From Candidatus Woesearchaeota archaeon (GTDB lineage Archaea > Nanobdellota > Nanobdellia > Pacearchaeales > JAHJTO01), in assembly GCA_964540065.1 (NCBI GenBank), contig CAZIKY010000003.1, forward strand, positions 9,186 through 73,185: 64,000 nucleotides of DNA. Direction: 5' to 3'. A model generated the notes under the pieces. It had not been told where the DNA came from. It did no database searches and worked only from the letters and a program-made list of their open reading frames with translations. The position numbers and the translations under genes are program-made. Below, piece after piece: positions 28,341 to 37,938 of this stretch; position 1 is the first letter of the stretch; every line of letters starts with the position of its first letter.

Positions 28341-28907
28341 ATGATAATCGGGTTAACTGGAACTCTTGGATCTGGAAAAGGCGCGATCTTGGAGTATCTT
28401 CAGAGCATGGGCTTCAAGCATCATTCTACTTCGAATGAAGTGCGTAAGGAAGCAAAGCTTCGCGGAATAGAGATTACAAGGACAGCTTTGCAGAATCTTG
28501 GAAATGAAATCCGTGAAAAAGAGGGTGGAAGCGCCTTAATTGGACGGATTCTTAAAAAGATGGACCCATATGAATTGAATATAATTGACGGCATAAGGAA
28601 CCCTGCAGAAGTCAGAGAGCTAAAGAAGCTCCCGAATTTTTTCTTGATAGCGATAGATGCCCCTAAGAAGATAAGGTTCCAGAGGCTTTTAGAAAGGAAC
28701 AGGGAAAGCGATCCAAAGACATGGGAAGAATTCCTTGAAATAGATTCCAGAGACCAAGGAAAGAACGAAACAAAAAATGGCCAGCAGTCAAGCGCATGCG
28801 CAGAGATGGCTGATTTCAACATTTACAACGACGGCAACTTAGAGGACAATTTTGAAAGAATAAGGGATATAATCGATGAAATTAAGAGAAAAAGCGGACA
28901 CTGGTGA
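28341..28907 (+). CDS. P-loop nucleotide/dephospho-CoA kinase-like protein
   Basis: IGLTGTLGSGKG, IDGIRNPAE, RFQRLLERNRESDP, ADFNIYNDG. Confidence 0.8.
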   Translation: MIIGLTGTLGSGKGAILEYLQSMGFKHHSTSNEVRKEAKLRGIEITRTALQNLGNEIREKEGGSALIGRILKKMDPYELNIIDGIRNPAEVRELKKLPNFFLIAIDAPKKIRFQRLLERNRESDPKTWEEFLEIDSRDQGKNETKNGQQSSACAEMADFNIYNDGNLEDNFERIRDIIDEIKRKSGHW

Positions 28908-28909
28908 TT

Positions 28910-29926
28910 TTAAAAGAATTTCTTAAGGTTTTTCTGCTGTTTTTCTTTCTTTTCCGCATAAACTTTGTTTATCGCAGAATCAATCCTTTCTTCGGAGAAG
29001 TCGTGCTTTGTTAAGATCCTCTTAACTGCATCAGAGTCTATCTTGCTGAATTTAATACTATACTTACTAGTTACATCGGGTTTCTTGAAAAGCTGAAAGA
29101 TTTCCTTCCAGTCAAAATCCATAGATTTTGTCTTGCCTACTTCTTCAAATATCTCTGCAGGATTGTTAAACTGCCTTACAATCTTCAAAGCGGTTTTTTG
29201 CCCTATTCCCTGAATCCCTTTTGGATTGTAGTCTGTCCCTACAAGGATCCCCAAGCAGATAAGTTGATCTCGATTAAGCTGAAGGCTGTTCAAAACCTTC
29301 TGAAGTTCGACAAGCTGCGGCTTTATTGCAACAACCGCTCCGCTTGGAAGCCTTCTTGTTTTTGCAAGAGTAAGATTCTGTATTAATCTTGTAGCTCCGA
29401 AAAGCAAAGAGTCATAATCCTGGCTTCCTACTCCCCATGCATCTCCTTTTGAAACCATGTAAGCAGCCTGTGCCTCTCCTTCACTTGGTGCTTGTACATA
29501 CGGAAGGCCGAGCGCATTAATCAGCTCCTTGCTTTCTTCTATCATGCCTTCAGTAAGTTTAGAAGTCCTTGCCAAGAACTTGGCTTTCTCTTCAACAGAA
29601 TCGGCAGTCTCAAACTTCGCAGCCATTTCCCTTTTGTATTCCATTCTCTTCTCCTGGGTCTTGGCTTTAAGCTCAGGAGCCTTCCCGTCAAAAACAAAGA
29701 CCGGTTTTATTCCAAGAGAAAGCATATTGGTAGTCCTATAAAAGAGGCCTGAAAGATGGGAAGTGACATGCCCTTTGCTGTCCATCAAAGGCGTACCATC
29801 AGCCTGCCTTATAGTTGTAAGAAACTGATAAAGAACATTAAAAGCATCAATAGCAATAACTTTCCCGGAAAGATCCTCAAGAGAAAGCTCCTCTTTAGTT
29901 ATTATCTCGCCAACATTCAGCCCCAT
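28910..29926 (-). CDS. fen: Flap endonuclease-1
   Basis: IAIDAFNVLYQFLTTIRQ, VFDG, APSEGEAQ, SQDYDSLLFG, GTDYN; C-terminal QQKNLKKFF PIP box. Confidence 0.97.
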   Translation of the reverse strand: MGLNVGEIITKEELSLEDLSGKVIAIDAFNVLYQFLTTIRQADGTPLMDSKGHVTSHLSGLFYRTTNMLSLGIKPVFVFDGKAPELKAKTQEKRMEYKREMAAKFETADSVEEKAKFLARTSKLTEGMIEESKELINALGLPYVQAPSEGEAQAAYMVSKGDAWGVGSQDYDSLLFGATRLIQNLTLAKTRRLPSGAVVAIKPQLVELQKVLNSLQLNRDQLICLGILVGTDYNPKGIQGIGQKTALKIVRQFNNPAEIFEEVGKTKSMDFDWKEIFQLFKKPDVTSKYSIKFSKIDSDAVKRILTKHDFSEERIDSAINKVYAEKKEKQQKNLKKFF

Positions 29927-30020
29927 TAACCAATTAGAAAAACTCTGCTTAAATATTTAACTTTCTAGCAGGCAAGAATAAAAAACATTTTAAAGAGAGT
30001 TTGTTAGCTCTAAATGTAAA

Positions 30021-32489
30021 ATGAAGGTGAAATTCTTGCCATTGGATTATGACTATGTTGATTACAAAGGCGGAGCCATTGTAAGAATTTGGGGGAGGAC
30101 TGAAGAAGGAAAGCGCATATGCGTAATAGATTCTGCTCCGGCTTACTTCTGGGCGATTCCCCATGAAGATGTTGATATCAAAAAATATGCTGATAAGATC
30201 CTGGCAATTAAAACAGAGCATGCAAACAGAATTGCAAGAGTTACAGATGCTAAGATAAAAGATAAAAAGTTCATGGGAAAGGATGTCAAAGCAGTCCAGG
30301 TATTTGTCAGCAATCCAAAAGACATAACGGCCATTAAAGATCTCGTAAAAGATATCTCTGCAACCAAAGATAAAAAGGAGATAGATATAAACTTTGTAAC
30401 GCGATATATAATCGAAAAAGAAGTGAAGCCTTTGACGTGGCAGACTGCTGAAGGAAAAGAGATTTTAGATAAAGAGTACGGCGATCCAGACGTAGACATA
30501 ATCTTGGAGGCTAAATCAATAGCCGAGTCTCAGGATCAGCCGGATTTTTCTCCAAACAGTCTGGCTTTTGATATAGAAACAGAGCATTTTGAGATTGGAA
30601 AGGGAAAAATCTTGATGATCTCCCTTGCCAATAAAGATGTCCAAAAAGTCATAACATGGAAGCACTTCAAAGATCCCCCAAAAGAAGTGGAGTTTGTAAA
30701 AGACGAAGCAGAGCTCATAGAAAAGTTCGTTGAATTTGTTCATAAGAACAAGCCGGAGGTCTTGACAGGATACTTCTCAGATGGTTTCGACTTGCCTTAC
30801 CTTAGGGCAAGAGCAGATAAATACAAAATAAAACTAAACTTGGGCCTCGATGGGAGCAATGTAGCCTTAAGAGGAGGAGCAGTTAAAACTGCAGAGATAA
30901 GGGGTGTAGTCCACGTAGATTTGTTCAAGTTCATCGATAACATCATCTCCCCAACACTTCAGAGTGAGACAGTAAGGCTTAATGATGTTGCAAAAGAGCT
31001 CCTCGGAGATGAGAAAGTAAAAGTTGATTTGAACAAATTGATGAAAGAGCTTAAAGCTACAAAAGGAAAGCTCGAAGACATCGAGCTTAGAAAGTTTTCT
31101 CTCTACAGCCTCCAGGATTCGGTTCTGACAGCAAGGCTGTTTGATTATATGTGGCCAAGCATTTCAGAACTTACAAAAGTTATAAACGAGCCCCTTTTCG
31201 ACGTCTCGAGAGCAGCTTACTCCCAGCTCGTTGAAGATTACATAATCCATAACCTAAAACAGTTTAATGAAATCGCTGAAAACAGGCCCACAAGAGAAAA
31301 GATTGAAGATAGAAGAAGGGCAAGATATGCCGGAGGATTTGTCTTCCAGCCGGAAGCAGGATTATACGAAGATATTGTAGTATTCGACTTCCTTTCTCTG
31401 TATCCAAGCATAATAAGCAGCTTTAACATCTCACCTGCAACAATAACTGAATCGACAAAGAATACCAATACCTCCCCGGTTATGGATCTCGGAGGAAAAA
31501 AAGCAAAGTTTAATTTTGAAAAGGGTAAATCCTTCATCCCTGCATTAATAGAGCAGATAATCGAAGCAAGAAAAAAGATCAAATCCGAGTTAAAGAAGAA
31601 AAAGTCTCCAATACTGGAAGCGAGAAGTTATGCCCTTAAAACTCTAGGGAATGCAACTTATGGTTATTACGCCTTCTTTGGAGCTAGATATTATTCCGTA
31701 GAATCTGCAGCTTCAATCACTGCCTTCGGCAGAGATTATATCCAAAAAGTTATAGAAGATGCAACAAAGTCCGGCTTCAAAGTGATTTATGCAGACACAG
31801 ACAGCGTAGTGATTGTTCTTGGAAATAAAACCCATAAAGACGCTCTCGAATGGCAGAAGAAAATAAATGATTCCCTTCCAGGGACCATGGAGTTAGATCT
31901 GGAAAAGTTCTACAAAAGAGGGATATTTGTTTTAAAGAGAACAGGGGAAGCAGGAGCTAAGAAGAAATACGCCCTTCTTGGAGAGGATGGGGCAATGAAG
32001 ATAAGAGGATTCGAAAGCGTCCGCAGAGACCGGTGCCCACTAGCCAAAAAAACCCAGGATCATGTCCTTCAAAGCGTGCTTGAAGAAGGAAAGCCGGACT
32101 CTGCCTTAAAGCAGGTAAAAAGCGTTCTTGACGAAGTCATAAAGGGAAAGGCGAAAACTGAGGAGCTTGTAATAAGAACCCAGCTTACAAGAGACATAGA
32201 ATCTTACTCAAGTATAGGCCCCCATGTTGAAGTCGCAAAACGCATGAGGGAAATGGGCATCCCGATCGGAGCAGGGTCACTCATAGAGTATGTAGTTGTA
32301 AAGGGAAAAGAAAAGCTTATCAGGGAAAGAGCCAGGCTTCCAGATGAAGTAGAAGATGGGCAGTACGATCCGGAATATTACATTGACAACCAGATAATGC
32401 CTCCGATAGAAGGCATTTTTGCAGTCTTTGGAATAACAAAAGACCAGCTTACGGAGCTGAAAAAGCAAAAAAAGCTTATGGATTTCTAA
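30021..32489 (+). CDS. polB: Family B DNA polymerase, intact exonuclease and polymerase motifs, no intein
   Basis: FDIETE, FDLPYL, YSLQD, DFLSLYPSII, KTLGNATYGY, YADTDS, YYIDNQIMP. Confidence 0.96.
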   Translation: MKVKFLPLDYDYVDYKGGAIVRIWGRTEEGKRICVIDSAPAYFWAIPHEDVDIKKYADKILAIKTEHANRIARVTDAKIKDKKFMGKDVKAVQVFVSNPKDITAIKDLVKDISATKDKKEIDINFVTRYIIEKEVKPLTWQTAEGKEILDKEYGDPDVDIILEAKSIAESQDQPDFSPNSLAFDIETEHFEIGKGKILMISLANKDVQKVITWKHFKDPPKEVEFVKDEAELIEKFVEFVHKNKPEVLTGYFSDGFDLPYLRARADKYKIKLNLGLDGSNVALRGGAVKTAEIRGVVHVDLFKFIDNIISPTLQSETVRLNDVAKELLGDEKVKVDLNKLMKELKATKGKLEDIELRKFSLYSLQDSVLTARLFDYMWPSISELTKVINEPLFDVSRAAYSQLVEDYIIHNLKQFNEIAENRPTREKIEDRRRARYAGGFVFQPEAGLYEDIVVFDFLSLYPSIISSFNISPATITESTKNTNTSPVMDLGGKKAKFNFEKGKSFIPALIEQIIEARKKIKSELKKKKSPILEARSYALKTLGNATYGYYAFFGARYYSVESAASITAFGRDYIQKVIEDATKSGFKVIYADTDSVVIVLGNKTHKDALEWQKKINDSLPGTMELDLEKFYKRGIFVLKRTGEAGAKKKYALLGEDGAMKIRGFESVRRDRCPLAKKTQDHVLQSVLEEGKPDSALKQVKSVLDEVIKGKAKTEELVIRTQLTRDIESYSSIGPHVEVAKRMREMGIPIGAGSLIEYVVVKGKEKLIRERARLPDEVEDGQYDPEYYIDNQIMPPIEGIFAVFGITKDQLTELKKQKKLMDF

Positions 32490-32498
32490 AAAATTTAA

Positions 32499-33098
32499 TC
32501 AAAGGGCTATAGAAAAATTCCTTAAATCTCGCTTAAGCTGCTCTGCATTTTTGAATAATATTGTCTTAATTCCAATCTTCTCTGCAGCGAGAAGATTCTC
32601 TTCCTTATCATCTATAAATAGACAATCTTGAGGTTTGGCCCCCAGTCTTTTCAGAATTCCCTCGTATGCCCCCCTGTCTGGTTTAGATATCCCATTTTCA
32701 AATGAATAAAGTGTAGAATGAAATAGTTTATGGTAGCCATATTTATTATTACAATGCTCGATCCATTCCCTTCCGTGTACGGAAAGGAGCCCTAGCTGAA
32801 ATCCATGGGACTTTAGCTTCTCAATTATTTCTCTAGTGCCTTCTATTTCGACAAAATTCTCTCTTATAATGCCCTTAACCTGTTCAGTGCTTAACTTCCA
32901 ATTATTTTTTTTAATCACTTTTGAGATATATTCTTCTTCAGTTATTTTACCATGAAAAAAATCTGTACGATCGGTAGGCCTAAGCATCTTGTAAATTTCT
33001 TTTTCAGTAAGACCCAATAAGGGCTTTAAAGCGCGCTCTACACCGAGAAGCCCTCGAATATAAACTTCGCCCAGATCAAATATGATAGTCTTAACCAT
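32499..33098 (-). CDS. HAD-superfamily hydrolase/phosphatase
   Basis: IFDLGEV, KPD, FIDD..EN. Confidence 0.88.
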   Translation of the reverse strand: MVKTIIFDLGEVYIRGLLGVERALKPLLGLTEKEIYKMLRPTDRTDFFHGKITEEEYISKVIKKNNWKLSTEQVKGIIRENFVEIEGTREIIEKLKSHGFQLGLLSVHGREWIEHCNNKYGYHKLFHSTLYSFENGISKPDRGAYEGILKRLGAKPQDCLFIDDKEENLLAAEKIGIKTILFKNAEQLKRDLRNFSIAL

Positions 33099-33202
33099 AT
33101 ATTGGCCTACCGAAATCAGTATTTAAAATTAATCGATCAACGGCGATTGTTATTCCCAATGTTTAAACAAAGTTTAAAAGTCCGCGAGGGCACAAACATA
33201 CC

Positions 33203-35152
33203 ATGGCCGAAGCACCAAAACAACAGGAACAGCAGCAGCAGCTGGAGCATATAGATGAGTTCAATATTTTAGTTGGAGCAATAAAAGATTACAACCCGCA
33301 TGCCGACTTGAATCTCATAAGCAAGGCCTTCGAATTTGCTTCAGCAGCGCATAAAGGCCAAAAAAGGGAATCTGGAGAAGATTATATAACTCATCCTATA
33401 GGGGTAGCGCAGATACTTACTGAAATAAAAGTCGATTCCCTAACAATTGCCGGAGCATTGCTTCATGACGTTCTTGAAGATACAAATTCCACAAAAGAAG
33501 AGATGATTAAGGAATTTGGACAGGAAGTCACAGACCTTGTTGAAAGCTTGACAAAGATAGACAAGATACACTTCAAAACAAAAGAAGATTATAGTGCGGA
33601 AAACATAAGGAAAGTAGTTCTCGCAATGTCTAAGGACGTTAGAGTCATCCTGATAAAACTTGCCGACAGACTCCATAACATGCGGACTCTTAAGTCCAAA
33701 CCTGAAAAAGACCGCATAGAGAAATCAAAAGAGACTCTCGAAATTTATGCTCCCATCGCCTACAAACTGGGGATTTACAAGATCAAGGCAGAGCTTGAAG
33801 ATCTTTCAATGAAATTCCTTGAGCCGGAGATCTATCAAGAATTAAAAGAAAAGATAGCAAAGAAAAAAGGCGAAAGAGAAGAAGATGTTGCGATTATAAC
33901 TAACCAAATCACAAATTTGATGGAGTCTAAGGGAATCAAGGCAAGAGTTTTTGGAAGGGCAAAACACTTCTATTCGATTTACAAAAAAATGCTTAAGCAT
34001 AAAGTGGGATTTGATGAAATCTACGACCTTCTTGCAGTAAGGATCATCACCGCCTCAGTAGATGATTGCTATAGGGCTCTGGGAATTATCCATTCAACTT
34101 TCACCCCGATACCTTCATTCTTCGAAGACTACATAGCCACTCCAAAAGCTAACGGATATCAAAGCATCCATACAAAAGTAGTTTACGAAGGAAGGCCACT
34201 CGAAGTTCAGATAAGAACAGTGGATATGCACCACATTGCGGAAGATGGAATAGCAGCCCACTGGAGATACAAAGAGACAGAATATGACAAAAGATTCGAC
34301 AAGAAAATATCATGGCTGAAGCAAATACTTACTTGGAAAAGGGAAGCAAAAAGCGCAAAGGAGTTTATAGAATCCTTAAAAATTGATCTGTTCGAACATG
34401 AAATAGTCGTTCTTACCCCCAAGGGAGATCCCGTTTCTCTCCCGGAAAGTTCTACGCCAATAGATTTTGCGTATCATCTCCACACAGAAATCGGAAACAC
34501 CTGCCAGAAGGCAAAGGTAAACGGAGTCATAGTTTCCTTGGACCATGAATTAAAGTCCGGAGATATAGTTGAGATCTTGACTTCAAAAAACTCTTCTCCA
34601 TCGAGGAACTGGCTTAAATTCGCCAAAACATCATTTGCAAGAGCCGAAATAAGGCAGGCCCTGGATATCAAAGGAGTCCAAAGAGAAGATGATTCAGAGG
34701 ATTTCCTTCTTGCCCAGGAAATTCTAGTCGAGGATCCAAGGATGAAAGAAAGGCTGAGAATTTCCAGATGCTGCAATCCAAGATTTGGTGAAGAAATAAC
34801 TGCCTTTGTCCTTAAAGATGGAAGAATAAGCGTTCATAGGACAAATTGTTCCAACTTAGCCGAGCACAAAGACCTCAAAAGAGTAAATGTAAGCTGGCCT
34901 CCACCCAAAAAAGAGGTTTTAACGCTTGACATCTCTGCCACAGATAGGCTAGGTTTATTGGCTCAGATACTCAACATAATTGCTGAAGCAAGCCTAAACG
35001 TCAAATCGATAAATACTGCTGAAAGAAAGGGTCATTTTAAGATAATGATTAATGTGGAAGCAGACGATTTAAATAAAGCGAAACAATCTGCAGATAGAAT
35101 AAAGAAGATAGCAAGTGTAAGCACAGTCTATCTCCATAAAGAGCAGCATTAA
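33203..35152 (+). CDS. rel: Long bifunctional RelA/SpoT homolog ((p)ppGpp synthetase/hydrolase): HD-SYNTH-TGS-ZFD-ACT
   Basis: HKGQKRESGEDYITHP, LHDVLED, KLADRLHNMRT, GRAKHFYSI, DLLAVR, NGYQSIHT, EVQIRT, AAHWRYK, TGS, CCNP..H..C, DRLGLL. Confidence 0.95.
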   Translation: MAEAPKQQEQQQQLEHIDEFNILVGAIKDYNPHADLNLISKAFEFASAAHKGQKRESGEDYITHPIGVAQILTEIKVDSLTIAGALLHDVLEDTNSTKEEMIKEFGQEVTDLVESLTKIDKIHFKTKEDYSAENIRKVVLAMSKDVRVILIKLADRLHNMRTLKSKPEKDRIEKSKETLEIYAPIAYKLGIYKIKAELEDLSMKFLEPEIYQELKEKIAKKKGEREEDVAIITNQITNLMESKGIKARVFGRAKHFYSIYKKMLKHKVGFDEIYDLLAVRIITASVDDCYRALGIIHSTFTPIPSFFEDYIATPKANGYQSIHTKVVYEGRPLEVQIRTVDMHHIAEDGIAAHWRYKETEYDKRFDKKISWLKQILTWKREAKSAKEFIESLKIDLFEHEIVVLTPKGDPVSLPESSTPIDFAYHLHTEIGNTCQKAKVNGVIVSLDHELKSGDIVEILTSKNSSPSRNWLKFAKTSFARAEIRQALDIKGVQREDDSEDFLLAQEILVEDPRMKERLRISRCCNPRFGEEITAFVLKDGRISVHRTNCSNLAEHKDLKRVNVSWPPPKKEVLTLDISATDRLGLLAQILNIIAEASLNVKSINTAERKGHFKIMINVEADDLNKAKQSADRIKKIASVSTVYLHKEQH

Positions 35153-35158
35153 TGTAAA

Positions 35159-35362
35159 ATGGTTAAAGAGGTAAAAGCAAACGGCAAGAGATTCGCAAAG
35201 TTTTGCCCAAACTGCAAAAGCTTGGATATTGACATGGAGCTTTCAAGCGGATGGTTTATAGGCTTTCCTGCTTCATATAAATGCAACAGCTGCGGAAGAA
35301 AAAGCAGATTCTTCCCGGAAGTTGATGTAAATGAAATAAAAAAGAAAAATGGAAAAAAGTGA
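35159..35362 (+). CDS. Small Zn-ribbon protein
   Basis: CPNC...CNSC; 6 nt after rel stop, overlaps map. Confidence 0.75.
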   Translation: MVKEVKANGKRFAKFCPNCKSLDIDMELSSGWFIGFPASYKCNSCGRKSRFFPEVDVNEIKKKNGKK

Positions 35363-36239
35363 ATTAGACAAGTGGAAAAAAGTAGGAGTAGTTGCTGCAG
35401 AGACTATGACTTTTGCAAGAAAAATAGTAAAGCCAGAAATGCCTCTTGTTGAACTAGCCGAAAAAGTTGAGGGTTACGTTTTTAAGAAAGGATACAAGTT
35501 TGCTTTCCCGATAAATCTGGACATCGAAAACGTTGCGGCACATTACACCCCTGTAAAAGGAGACGGTTTTGTGGCTAAAGGGCTTATCAAAATAGATCTT
35601 GGCATCTCAGATGAAAATGGATTCTTGAGCGATACAGCCTCATCTGTAGATTTAACACCTGAAGGAAGATTCAAGGAATTGATAAAGGCAAATGAAGAGG
35701 GATTAAAAGCAGGAATTAATGAGATGAAGTTTGGAGAGGAGATCGGAAATATAGGCAGAGCCATAGAAGAGACAATTAAATCAAAGGGGTTTGTTTCAGT
35801 TAAAAATCTTTCAGGCCACAGTATAGAGAGATGGAAATTACATGCAGGAGTCACTATTCCAAACTTTGACAATAAAAATAAAGCAAAGCTCAAAGAGGGA
35901 ATTTATGCTTCAGAGCCTTTTGCTACAACCGGGGAACCTTTAATCACTGAAGGAAAGCCTTCAAACATCTATATTCTTCACCAAAAGAAACCTACAAGGG
36001 TGGGGAGGGAAGTTCTTGCCTTTATTGAAAAAGAGTACAAAACCTTGGCATTCTCATCACGATGGCTTATAGATAAATTCGGCCCCGGGGCCTTAGTCTC
36101 TCTTGAAGTTCTCAGAAAGCAGGGAATAATCTACCACTTCCCACAACTAATAAAGAAGTCAGGAGAATTCACAAGCCAAACAGAGCATACAATGGCCGTA
36201 TTAAAAGATAAAACCCTTGTTTTAACAGAAAGAGATTAA
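35349..36239 (+). CDS. map: Type II methionine aminopeptidase
   Basis: AFPIN, AAHYTP, KIDLG, DTA, LSGH, LHAG, EPFAT, QTEHT. Confidence 0.95.
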   Translation: MEKSELDKWKKVGVVAAETMTFARKIVKPEMPLVELAEKVEGYVFKKGYKFAFPINLDIENVAAHYTPVKGDGFVAKGLIKIDLGISDENGFLSDTASSVDLTPEGRFKELIKANEEGLKAGINEMKFGEEIGNIGRAIEETIKSKGFVSVKNLSGHSIERWKLHAGVTIPNFDNKNKAKLKEGIYASEPFATTGEPLITEGKPSNIYILHQKKPTRVGREVLAFIEKEYKTLAFSSRWLIDKFGPGALVSLEVLRKQGIIYHFPQLIKKSGEFTSQTEHTMAVLKDKTLVLTERD

Positions 36240-36244
36240 GTTAT

Positions 36245-37870
36245 CTAATCGTTTTTAGTCGATCCCATTAAAAGATCGTTTTCTAAATAATCATCTAAAT
36301 ACCCTTTACCTTTCTTAATTATATTCTTCTGATTATAATTTATGTCATTGGAATCCAAACCATATAAATCTCCTATAAGATTTTTATAGGAAGGGATGGC
36401 ATAAATGCCGGCAGAATATTTTTTAGAGGGATTTTGATCAAGATATAAACTTTTCCCGCTCTTCCAAAGATCATCCAAGTTCCGATTACGATATATTACC
36501 TGGCCAAGATCTATCTTACTTCCTATTTTTTTCTCTAATCCTTTTTCATAAACTGAAACTAGTTTTTCAGCATCTGCAGCAACTTCCCCTGGTTCAGGAT
36601 TCATGTAAGCAAAGTTTTCAGGAGATCTTCTCAATAAAGCAAAAAGTTCTTGCAGATCTCCAAGATCTAAGAAATTGCTTCCTAAGAACATGGAGCGGCT
36701 AAGAGGTGTTGCGCTAAAAGCATTATGGTAACCTGCCTCTAAGCCTTTTACAAAAGATATCCTAGAGCCATCAAACATGCTCCAAGGTTCATTTCCGCCT
36801 AATACTCCTCCTATCGCTCTCAGACTTATAGGGCCATATGTAAATGTGCTTGCAGCCAAATTATCTAGTTCTTTCTTTTGTATCGCTTCCAACTGAGACT
36901 GAGATAGCTCAGTCAAATCGCATGAAGCATCAAAGTCTACTAATCCTACTTTAAGATTATTACCTTCCCTGTAGAGTACTATATTTCCAATATGTGCGTT
37001 GGTCCTTTCAGAATCGCAGCTCCAAGTCTGCCCACTGGCATCCATAAGGCTTTTCAATCCACCAACTGCAAAGCCGACTCTCCAATAAAAGTTTTGTAGG
37101 GCTTTGAAAAATTTATTTCCTGATTTTGTATCGCCATCATATTCTGTGCGGACCATTTTACCATCCTTTCTTTTTCTCCCTTTAGGCATTCTTTCCATAG
37201 CACCCTGTTCCAAAACAAGCATAAGCTCATCCAATCTTGTATCTCCTTTAACCTCAAAAATGGAAGCTGTAGGCCTTACGGCTTTTTTCGCCTTTTTATC
37301 TACATAAAGTCCGTATTTCCAAAGGCCCTCAAACTGCATTATTGGATCAATTCCCTCGTTTAGTAAAACTTGATTAAATCTATGAGACATATTCCTCTCA
37401 TAATAGGCATTTTGTTTAAGCTGCCCTCCATGAATTTCTACTCCATCTTCATATTTAGAAAGCCTTAAATCTTGAGGATTAAAAGAAACTCCTTTTATTC
37501 TATAGAGTTTGCCTGTTTTCGGATCTTGAGTTAAAACCGACCTATAACCACTCCAAATTGCTGGGATTAAGTCATTAGTTTGAGCAAGTAGTTCTGGTTT
37601 TTCAAGAGATTTTCCTTCAAAGATGTTGAGCCATACTTTCCACATGCCCTTACTTTGATCAAATTGCAAGTGTCTGCCCATATCGGCATAATCTTCGGCA
37701 GATTCAATTATCAGGTCATCAGATTCATCCCTCATGTCAATTCTTTGAACCATATGGGGATGAACAACTTTAGGCCCCTTAAGAAAATCCGGGAAATCAT
37801 AATCCCCGTAAACATCGCCGCCAGTGCTAACTAAAGCAGTCTTGTCCCTTTTCACCAATAATTTCATCAA
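36245..37870 (-). CDS. Hypothetical protein with atypical kinase/SelO-like motifs
   Basis: RIKG, ..YYE, NAHIGNIVL and LVDFD in kinase-fold order; AT-rich by eye. Confidence 0.5.
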   Translation of the reverse strand: MMKLLVKRDKTALVSTGGDVYGDYDFPDFLKGPKVVHPHMVQRIDMRDESDDLIIESAEDYADMGRHLQFDQSKGMWKVWLNIFEGKSLEKPELLAQTNDLIPAIWSGYRSVLTQDPKTGKLYRIKGVSFNPQDLRLSKYEDGVEIHGGQLKQNAYYERNMSHRFNQVLLNEGIDPIMQFEGLWKYGLYVDKKAKKAVRPTASIFEVKGDTRLDELMLVLEQGAMERMPKGRKRKDGKMVRTEYDGDTKSGNKFFKALQNFYWRVGFAVGGLKSLMDASGQTWSCDSERTNAHIGNIVLYREGNNLKVGLVDFDASCDLTELSQSQLEAIQKKELDNLAASTFTYGPISLRAIGGVLGGNEPWSMFDGSRISFVKGLEAGYHNAFSATPLSRSMFLGSNFLDLGDLQELFALLRRSPENFAYMNPEPGEVAADAEKLVSVYEKGLEKKIGSKIDLGQVIYRNRNLDDLWKSGKSLYLDQNPSKKYSAGIYAIPSYKNLIGDLYGLDSNDINYNQKNIIKKGKGYLDDYLENDLLMGSTKND

Positions 37871-37938
37871 GAACTAGAACAAAAAAGATATTTAAACCTT
37901 TCTATTTGTAATCACTTAAAAGTGACAATAGAATCTTG

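Noticed and set aside
17731-32489. Inteins in RFC subunits or PolB
   Set aside because: Motifs are contiguous and lengths normal; no C...HN insertions
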